This document shows positions 9,242 to 15,592 of a stretch of 17,970 bases of DNA, piece by piece (the first letter of the stretch is position 1; each line of letters starts with the position of its first letter). The stretch is from Nanobdellota archaeon (GTDB lineage Archaea > Aenigmatarchaeota > Aenigmatarchaeia > QMZP01), in the NCBI GenBank assembly GCA_043814765.1, contig JBDRJQ010000003.1, positions 1-17,970 on the forward strand. The letters run 5' to 3'. The notes beneath the pieces are model-generated. The model saw only the letters and a list, made by a program, of their open reading frames with translations, searched no databases and was not told the origin of the DNA. Made by a program: the position numbers and the translations under genes.

Positions 9242-10156
9242 ATGAAGAACTCCAAATATATATTATTACTTTTGCCTGTTGCCATGGTAGTTATAGCATC
9301 AGGCTGTGTTGGCGGCGGAAGCGGACCAACAACAGGACCAGGTGTTGCAATTCTAAATTTCGAGCCAGATTTCTCTTCTGTTGAATCCGGAGATGAAATA
9401 AGACTTTACTTACAGATACAAAACCAAGGTGAAGAGCAAGCAAATAACGTTAAAGCATTGCTAACAGGAATAGATGCAGTAGAATTAAATGTTGATTCTG
9501 TTCTTAAAGATTTTGATTACATGATACCACCCAATACTGATTATGGAACAGAGGGCGAAATACAGCAGCATTATTATAGGTTGACGGCTCCTGTTATGTC
9601 ACAAGGACAAGAAATAACATACAACCCAAAAATTAGAGTATATTATGATTATGAAACCAATGCAAACAAGCAGATAACATTAGTAAACAGCAATGAGTTG
9701 AGAAGACTCATACAAGAAGGCAAATCATTACCAACCGGAGATACTTCCTATTCTGCAGGACCATTATCAGTTAATGTTGCTACAGGAAAATACATCAAAG
9801 CAAGAACAGAAGGAGGATATTACTTCCCAATAACCATAACTATAAACAACGCGGGTAACGGCGTTGTCAGCAAATACCAATCCAATCCGACAGCTGAACC
9901 AATAGACTATAAAGTTGAAATGCAGCTTGATTTGCCTGGTAGCGGATTAAGTATTGATGGCTGTTCTGCGGACCTAGCCGGTGTTAATACATATGGAGTG
10001 GAATTGTGGAAAGGAAGCAGCGCAACTATTACATGCAGGTTTAATATAATAAACGTACCAAATACAGATGAACAAAAAACACTTAACATAAAATTAAAAT
10101 ACTCATACTACATTGATTCTTCTGCATCATTCACTGTAAAAGGTTTTGATTTCTAA
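9242..10156 (+). CDS. Putative secreted lipoprotein / cell-surface Ig-like protein, paralog 2
   Basis: MKNSKYILLLLPVAMVVIASG-C lipobox; CARDB-like VESGDEIRLYLQIQNQGEEQANNV. SD GAGGG at 9231-9235 favours ATG 9242 over TTG 9239. Confidence 0.78.
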   Translation: MKNSKYILLLLPVAMVVIASGCVGGGSGPTTGPGVAILNFEPDFSSVESGDEIRLYLQIQNQGEEQANNVKALLTGIDAVELNVDSVLKDFDYMIPPNTDYGTEGEIQQHYYRLTAPVMSQGQEITYNPKIRVYYDYETNANKQITLVNSNELRRLIQEGKSLPTGDTSYSAGPLSVNVATGKYIKARTEGGYYFPITITINNAGNGVVSKYQSNPTAEPIDYKVEMQLDLPGSGLSIDGCSADLAGVNTYGVELWKGSSATITCRFNIINVPNTDEQKTLNIKLKYSYYIDSSASFTVKGFDF

Positions 10157-10159
10157 TTT

Positions 10160-10170
10160 CTTATAAATTA
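10160..10170 (+). promoter_or_regulatory. Putative TATA box (leaderless transcript)
   Basis: CTTATAAATTA at -31..-21 from ATG 10191. Confidence 0.55.
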
Positions 10171-10190
10171 TAAAAACAAATACAATACTT

Positions 10191-11132
10191 ATGAGAATAA
10201 AATTATTGTTAATTTTAGTTGTTTTTTCAGCTGTGATAGTATCTGGGTGTGTAGGATTAGAAGCAGGTAATGGTGTTGTGATAAAGGATTTTTACACCGA
10301 TTTTGATGAGGTCAAATCAGGCGAAAGAACCGACTTTTACGTAAAATTTAAAAACATAGGCTCTGAACAAGCAGACAATGTTTTTGCAGAACTATTGGGG
10401 TTGGATTTAGCGTGGTATAGTGATGGTACACAAGTCGGAACTGGTGAGTGGGTTGGTACAACATTCAAAGAAAAACTACCAAACGAAGTTCGATGTCGCC
10501 ATACAGCAGACGTGCATTATTCTCTTATTCCACCAAACCCGTTGTTTGGTACAGAAGGAGAGGAAAAAACATGCAGCTGGTCTTACATAGCTCCCAAGGT
10601 TTCGCCAGGAGCCAATCTAATGTTTGAGCCCAAAGCGCGAATTTATTATGGTTACAAAACAGCAGCTACGGCTGTTATTAGTTTACTTCCTAGGGAAGAG
10701 ATGATAAGGCTTCAAAACAAAGGCGAGAGTCCACCATCACACATAGTAACCAAATCATCAGCACCTGTGGACATAAGCATAGGAATACAGCCAACCATAA
10801 GAGTCTCAGGCAACACTGTAACCTTCCCATTAGAAATAACTATAAACAATATTGGTGGGGGAATAACATGTTTAGCATGGAATAAGTGTAAAATAGAAGC
10901 GCTGGATCATGAATGGAATATAGTTAATATGAAAATAGATTATGGTGGCATGACCGTATCAGACTGCCAAGATGATATGAACATACCTTTATATAAAAAA
11001 TCAAATACGATTGTATGCAGTTTAACAGCGACGCTTGGTGATGCATATGCTTCTCAACAAAAGACATTAAAAATAGACTTAACTTATGGATATTTTGTAG
11101 ACAAAGAAATTAGTGTAAGCGTTACCGGTTAG
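10191..11132 (+). CDS. Putative secreted lipoprotein / cell-surface Ig-like protein, paralog 3
   Basis: MRIKLLLILVVFSAVIVSG-C lipobox; VKSGERTDFYVKFKNIGSEQADNV, IPPN...GTEGE, PKARIYYGY, FP..ITINN.G.G and QKTL.I.L.Y.Y shared with paralog 2. Confidence 0.78.
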   Translation: MRIKLLLILVVFSAVIVSGCVGLEAGNGVVIKDFYTDFDEVKSGERTDFYVKFKNIGSEQADNVFAELLGLDLAWYSDGTQVGTGEWVGTTFKEKLPNEVRCRHTADVHYSLIPPNPLFGTEGEEKTCSWSYIAPKVSPGANLMFEPKARIYYGYKTAATAVISLLPREEMIRLQNKGESPPSHIVTKSSAPVDISIGIQPTIRVSGNTVTFPLEITINNIGGGITCLAWNKCKIEALDHEWNIVNMKIDYGGMTVSDCQDDMNIPLYKKSNTIVCSLTATLGDAYASQQKTLKIDLTYGYFVDKEISVSVTG

Positions 11133-12400
11133 TTGAATTCTGTTAAACTTTTCTGTCCACCAGCACTACTTTTTGATACTGCTGGATTATATTTTTTATC
11201 AAAAACAGGATAACCATATACTCCATCAAATCCAGGAGCTATCTTTATTTTTTCATTCCTTATATCAACTATAGCCTTTGCTATCGGTTCAGAAACAGCT
11301 TCTTTAAGCTGTTCAACAGACGCATTTATGAGAACACTTAACTCAGAACCAAATATATTTATCATTTTATTATACTCATGCCAAATCCTTTTTGAGTACA
11401 GCTGTTCTATACCCAGTTTAGCCGACAGTATTTCTGAAAGAGGAATCAGCGTCTTAAACGGAATAGCATTTTTAGGTACGTGTCCTTCTTCCCTATCTGC
11501 TAACTCTTCAACACGGTTTAATACTCCTATAGTCATCTGTCGCTTGCATACCGGGCATATTTTACGAGTGTCTTCTGATTCTTTTGGGCTCATGCAAACT
11601 CCGCACTCTCTATGACCATCAAAATGGTATTTACCGTAATTAGGGCTAACTTCTATTGTATAAAGAAACTGCTTAGGGTCCTTCTCCTTCATCACGTTTA
11701 TGAAATTTTTGTATGTAAGCTCTTTCATCTCAAAAACATTGACTTCCCTACCTATTCTCCAGGGCCAGAAAGAATGACTGTCAGAGTTCGAAACCAGAGC
11801 GTATTTGTCTAGAGATGATAAACGCCAGTTCATTGCAGGATCGCTACTCAACCCTGTTTCTAGTGCAAAAATATGCTTTGTCTGGTCTTGGAAACATTCT
11901 TCCACACTGTTAAAACCAGAATTTGATCCAAACAAACTAAACCATGGTGTCCATATATGAGCAGGTATTACTTCAATGTCATTGTTTATTTTCTTCATGA
12001 GTTCAACAAATTCAGGGCACGGTATTTTGAAAATAGGCCTGCCATCATAGTCAACTCTGCCACGTTTTAACAGCTCCTCTGTTATCTGGCTCACAGTCTC
12101 AAAATTAGGGGCAAGTACTATATTATGCACCCTTCTACCCCTTCCTCCTTGCGTGTAGATCAAGGAGATTTCCGTCTGTAAAATGAAGGGAAATCCGTCA
12201 TTACTTCTTAATATTCCTGTTTCGTCCTCTTTCAGGTTCTCTTTCAGGTATTTTATCCACACAGGATGCGTGAAATCTCCTGTACCCAACAAACCAACGC
12301 CTTTAATTTTAGCATACTTTACCAGATTTGGTATGTCAATGTTTTTGCTGGTCGCACGGCTGTGAGGACCGTGTATGTGAAAATCAGAAACCACTTTCAT
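11129..12400 (-). CDS. endoQ: Endonuclease Q family DNA repair nuclease (PHP domain, Zn finger, C-terminal PIP box)
   Basis: DFHIH..HSRATS, GTGDFTHP, DGRP, PAHIWTPWFS, ETGLSSD, NSDSHS, GKYHFDGHREC, CPVC, GVLNRVEELADR, PGFDGVYG. Confidence 0.92.
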   Translation of the reverse strand: MKVVSDFHIHGPHSRATSKNIDIPNLVKYAKIKGVGLLGTGDFTHPVWIKYLKENLKEDETGILRSNDGFPFILQTEISLIYTQGGRGRRVHNIVLAPNFETVSQITEELLKRGRVDYDGRPIFKIPCPEFVELMKKINNDIEVIPAHIWTPWFSLFGSNSGFNSVEECFQDQTKHIFALETGLSSDPAMNWRLSSLDKYALVSNSDSHSFWPWRIGREVNVFEMKELTYKNFINVMKEKDPKQFLYTIEVSPNYGKYHFDGHRECGVCMSPKESEDTRKICPVCKRQMTIGVLNRVEELADREEGHVPKNAIPFKTLIPLSEILSAKLGIEQLYSKRIWHEYNKMINIFGSELSVLINASVEQLKEAVSEPIAKAIVDIRNEKIKIAPGFDGVYGYPVFDKKYNPAVSKSSAGGQKSLTEFN

Positions 12401-12430
12401 AAAATAAATTAGAGAATTAGCTTAAAGTTC

Positions 12431-13606
12431 TTATTTCTTCCTTTTTTTCTTCTCTTGGATTTTTCTTTCGTATTTATCCACCCAACTTTCTACTTTCTTC
12501 AAGTCTTTGGATGAATCTCCTATTCCAGAAGTATTTCCTACACCCAATAAAAGGATGTTATCATTGCGTTTTGTCATTTCTAACGATCTCTTTATGGCTT
12601 CTTTAACCTCTGGTATAGAGTCTTTTACTGCTTTGCGCATTGGTGTTATTGCTTCTTCAGGGCTCATCTTAACGATTATGGAGTCAATTGGTATGTTCAT
12701 TTTTGAAACAACGTCTTCAATATAAGATCTTTCGACACCAGGTCCACCCATTGCTACACCAACACCTTCAGCAACATCACCTGTTCTTTCACCTTCAAGC
12801 TTTGCTGCAGCGTCAACAGTTATCAACAAATCTATCTTGTTGCGTTTCATTATGGTTTGTATAGCTTTTCCAGGATACCCAATTCTACCACCAGGACCAC
12901 TGGCCTTGATTACGGTAATGTTTCTTCCGTAAAGCTTTATTTTAGCCATTACCATTTCTTCTCCTATTTTCTTTGCCTTTTTGGTGCCTATCAGATTTGC
13001 GACAACCATAGGGCCTATGCCATCACCAACAGGCTGTCCTCTTGCGAGAGCCTGTGACCCCTTGTACATTGATTTAGCTAGTCTTTCTATAAGAGGCAAC
13101 TGCATCTGTAAAATCATTGCTATCTGAACACTCTTTGTTTTTTTAATCAGCTCAACATAATGCCTTACTATCTTTGTTATCTGGTTAAGTGCTATGCCCG
13201 CTGCTATGCCCATTTCAATCGAGGTTCTTTTTTCTGGATGCATATCAGGAGCAAGCTGCTTGATAAAATACTGAAACTTGTTTCGTTCGTTCATTATTAT
13301 ATGATCGAATTTCTTTACGACTCCAGCAGGATCTAGCGAAATAGGTGTTATTAAAAAGAATTCATAAAACCTATTAAGAGAGGTTCTCACCCTCTTGTTT
13401 GGTTTTTTGGATATTTCCTTTTCTAAAAAATTCTTAGAGTTTTCTGTCATTTTTTCCAGATTTTTAACAGTTTTTTCAATCTTATACATTATTTGTGTTA
13501 TCATAAGTCTAGGATAGAATAAAAAGAACACCATGAAGAAAATTATCCAAATTACCCAGGATATGATACTATCCCCACCAAACTGTAAAAGTACTAGCCC
13601 ATCCAT
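12431..13606 (-). CDS. DUF1512 family membrane-anchored protein
   Basis: N-terminal TM segment; P.SLDPAG, PVGDGIGP, KASGPGG..G.PG, ITVDAAAKLEGERTG..AEGVGVAMGGPGVE, GVGNTSGI. Confidence 0.85.
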   Translation of the reverse strand: MDGLVLLQFGGDSIISWVIWIIFFMVFFLFYPRLMITQIMYKIEKTVKNLEKMTENSKNFLEKEISKKPNKRVRTSLNRFYEFFLITPISLDPAGVVKKFDHIIMNERNKFQYFIKQLAPDMHPEKRTSIEMGIAAGIALNQITKIVRHYVELIKKTKSVQIAMILQMQLPLIERLAKSMYKGSQALARGQPVGDGIGPMVVANLIGTKKAKKIGEEMVMAKIKLYGRNITVIKASGPGGRIGYPGKAIQTIMKRNKIDLLITVDAAAKLEGERTGDVAEGVGVAMGGPGVERSYIEDVVSKMNIPIDSIIVKMSPEEAITPMRKAVKDSIPEVKEAIKRSLEMTKRNDNILLLGVGNTSGIGDSSKDLKKVESWVDKYERKIQEKKKRKK

Positions 13607-13683
13607 TTTTAAAACTCCGATACGAAACTTAATAAAATATTACTTAATATTAAATGCTTTCCTATAATAAATAACTGATACAT

Positions 13684-14247
13684 ATGATTGACTGGAGAAT
13701 ACTGACAGCATCATTTGCTGCGATAATAGTTGTATCTTCTATGTTTATGGGAGGCATTGGAGGAGATTTTTTTTCTAACATACTTGATGATGTAAGCAAC
13801 TGGCTTGGCTCATCACCTTTTAGTGGATTTTTCATAACGCCAGTAGTCAAGACACATGATATTGATTTAACAATTTATCCTAAACAAATTTCATTAACTC
13901 CTGATTCTAGTGTAAACTTTAGCTCAGAATCCAGCGTTATTAGGAATTTTAAAGGAACCATAAATCTAGATTTTGAAGAACAGACCATTGTTTTAGAAGA
14001 AGCAGATAGTTCACTAAGATACGAATCGTCTATTCAGAACCTAGAGATAGAGTACATAAAATTGAATACACTATCGCTAGATGATTTAAAACTGAAGATA
14101 GCGCCTGACATAACATCAGAAAATGGTTCTGCAGAATTATACAACTTTCAAGGAAAACTTACAATAACTTCTGAAAGCCTAAAATTTGAAGGCAATGTAT
14201 CAAAAATAGTAGCAAAGATCGGAGATAGTACCTGGGAACTGAAATAA
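13684..14247 (+). CDS. Hypothetical protein with N-terminal membrane anchor or signal peptide and beta-rich extracellular domain
   Basis: 187-aa ORF with hydrophobic N-terminus (WRILTASFAAIIVVSSMFMGG), divergent from DUF1512; no recognised family. Confidence 0.7.
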   Translation: MIDWRILTASFAAIIVVSSMFMGGIGGDFFSNILDDVSNWLGSSPFSGFFITPVVKTHDIDLTIYPKQISLTPDSSVNFSSESSVIRNFKGTINLDFEEQTIVLEEADSSLRYESSIQNLEIEYIKLNTLSLDDLKLKIAPDITSENGSAELYNFQGKLTITSESLKFEGNVSKIVAKIGDSTWELK

Positions 14248-14248
14248 G

Positions 14249-14350
14249 TGGGACAGGTGGGATTTGAACCCACGACTCCACGGTCTTCAGCCGTGTGCTC
14301 TCCCAGGCTGAGCTACTGTTATGGCCTAAGGTAAACCCCCTTAAGTTCCC
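14249..14350 (-). tRNA. tRNA-Phe(GAA) with intron at noncanonical position 4/5
   Basis: Exon 1 GGGA (14350-14347) plus exon 2 (14318-14249) give GGGACAG TA GCTC AGCCTGGGA GAGC A CACGG CTGAAGA CCGTG GAGTC GTGGG TTCAAAT CCCAC CTGTCCC A, a complete 74-nt cloverleaf. Anticodon at 14288-14286; CCA not encoded. Confidence 0.92.
14319..14346 (-). other. 28-nt BHB tRNA intron in the acceptor stem of tRNA-Phe
   Basis: TACT-ATGG-GA^A-CTTAAGG...CCTTAGG-CCAT-AA^C-AGTA forms helix/3-nt bulge/4-bp helix/3-nt bulge/helix. Cutting after the second nucleotide of each bulge restores GGGACAG. Confidence 0.85.
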
Positions 14351-15117
14351 ATAGTATTGTCCCACTTCTTTATAACACTCTTAAGTTTTTCTTGTTTTAT
14401 ATTATCTTCAAAACCTATTTCTTTATAAAACTTTATTAAGGAATCCTTTCTTTTTATATACATTCTTAAAGGTTTGGTTATATTACCATCTTTTCTCTTA
14501 TTACTGGTTTTGAGAGTAAATATATTTGTACTTTGTATATGAAAATATTTATTAAGTCCATATCTAATTTGACTTAAAAAATCTTTAGAGTTATCCATCA
14601 GATTTATTACTTTCCAGAATTCTATTCTTATTCCAGGACTCTTTCCACCCCAAACACTTCCTTCACAAGTAAAGGCTCTTTGAACAAATCTTCTGAAAAA
14701 CCCTTTATTTTTCATAATCCACTCAGGTACTAAGAATTTATTAAGAACTTTATTTCCAATTGGTACACCAGAGAGATATAGCAACCTGGCTAAAGGCTTA
14801 CAATTTACACCATAGTTAAACGATGTACTAAATTTGTTGGTTTTACAGGGTCTAGGTTTCCCTTTTATACCAAAAAAATGATAGACTTCGTTTTCAAATC
14901 TATACATCTCTTTTTTTAGTTTGAATGTATAATCAAATCTCCATCGAGGGTTTCCTTGAAGATGACCATCACACATTAAATCAGCAACAATACCCGACAG
15001 TCTTTCTGATGCTGAAACAGGGAAACTATGTTTATATGGAAGTAATGCTTTCTGACCAGCGGTTTTGGATTTGTATTTAGCAAGAATTTGTTTAAATGTG
15101 ATGAGTTGTTGCCCCAT
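14341..15117 (-). CDS. Free-standing two-motif LAGLIDADG homing endonuclease (DOD/intein-like type)
   Basis: Motif 1 LSGIVADLMCDGHL, intervening LARLLYLSGVPIGNK...VPEWI, motif 2 FVQRAFTCEGSV, C-terminal KFYKEIGF...KQEKL. Very Lys-rich and visibly AT-rich; no intein splicing termini. Confidence 0.85.
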   Translation of the reverse strand: MGQQLITFKQILAKYKSKTAGQKALLPYKHSFPVSASERLSGIVADLMCDGHLQGNPRWRFDYTFKLKKEMYRFENEVYHFFGIKGKPRPCKTNKFSTSFNYGVNCKPLARLLYLSGVPIGNKVLNKFLVPEWIMKNKGFFRRFVQRAFTCEGSVWGGKSPGIRIEFWKVINLMDNSKDFLSQIRYGLNKYFHIQSTNIFTLKTSNKRKDGNITKPLRMYIKRKDSLIKFYKEIGFEDNIKQEKLKSVIKKWDNTMGT

Positions 15118-15138
15118 ATACTTATTTTATTTTTAAAT

Positions 15139-15146
15139 TTTAAATA
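15139..15146 (-). promoter_or_regulatory. Putative TATA box for the LAGLIDADG/tRNA-Phe transcript
   Basis: Minus-strand TATTTAAA at -29..-22 from ATG 15117, in an AT-rich spacer, so chance matches are possible. Confidence 0.45.
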
Positions 15147-15174
15147 TAGAAAAACATCGTGCTTTAATTATTAG

Positions 15175-15306
15175 CGCCTCAGGAAGGACTTGAACCTTCG
15201 ACCCCACGGTTTCTGCTCTTGGAAGGTGGAAACCTCCTTTGGATGAAACCCTTTCTTAAAAGGTTTCTTAACAGCCGTGTGCTCTAACCAGCTGAGCTAC
15301 TGAGGC
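15175..15306 (-). tRNA. tRNA-Asn(GTT) with 58-nt intron at canonical 37/38
   Basis: GCCTCAG TA GCTC AGCTGGTTA GAGC A CACGG CTGTTA [intron] A CCGTG GGGTC GAAGG TTCAAGT CCTTC CTGAGGC G. Anticodon at 15272-15270; CCA not encoded. Confidence 0.95.
15211..15268 (-). other. 58-nt canonical tRNA-Asn intron
   Basis: Central helix CTGT/GCAG, bulges TA^A and AA^A; the intron body folds into two hairpins (relaxed BHB). Confidence 0.88.
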
Positions 15307-15380
15307 ACATATATATGTTTAGTTTATAGTAAAGAAATAATACAGTGTAAATTTAAATAATATACACCAATAGAGGATTT

Positions 15381-15581
15381 ATGGGAAGAATAAAATCAGT
15401 AGCGGTAAAAACTCTTGGAAATGAGCTGATTATGGCTCATCCTAAGAAGTTTTCAGAGAATTTCGAGAAGAACAAGCAAGCTTTAGGCGAAGTAAAGGAA
15501 ATTAAATCTAAAAAAGTTAGGAATTTGATAGCAGGACACATAACAAATAAAATGCAAAAAATAAAGAAATCCGGGATTTAG
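15381..15581 (+). CDS. rps17e: 30S ribosomal protein S17e (eS17)
   Basis: MGRIK...VK...F..NFEKNK..L......SKKVRNLIAGHIT. Confidence 0.95.
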   Translation: MGRIKSVAVKTLGNELIMAHPKKFSENFEKNKQALGEVKEIKSKKVRNLIAGHITNKMQKIKKSGI

Positions 15582-15592
15582 AGGTCTTTTAT

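Noticed and set aside
14224..14243. Imperfect inverted similarity between the 3' end of the 13684-14247 CDS (GATAGTACCTGGGAACTGAA) and the tRNA leader/intron junction (GACAATACTATGGGAACTTAA)
   Set aside because: Only the 8-nt core TGGGAACT is exact. It lies in coding sequence and would compete with the BHB; probably chance.
14159..14365. 68-aa minus-strand ORF
   Set aside because: It is the tRNA-Phe gene plus antisense of the 13684-14247 CDS read as codons.
14319..15111. Model in which the LAGLIDADG ORF sits inside one ~790-nt tRNA intron, with exon 1 GGGG at 15115-15112
   Set aside because: It would give a stem with one G-U pair, but flanking helices for a BHB are poor, whereas the local 28-nt intron has a strict BHB. 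Kept only as a possible ancestral state.
14341..15117. LAGLIDADG as part of an intein or a WhiA-like regulator
   Set aside because: No N-terminal Cys/Ser block, no terminal His-Asn, no flanking extein and no C-terminal HTH.
15211..15268. Box C/D guide RNA within the tRNA-Asn intron
   Set aside because: No RUGAUGA or CUGA boxes on the transcribed strand.
15307..15318. Palindrome ACATATATATGT next to tRNA-Asn
   Set aside because: Mostly an AT dinucleotide run, low complexity.
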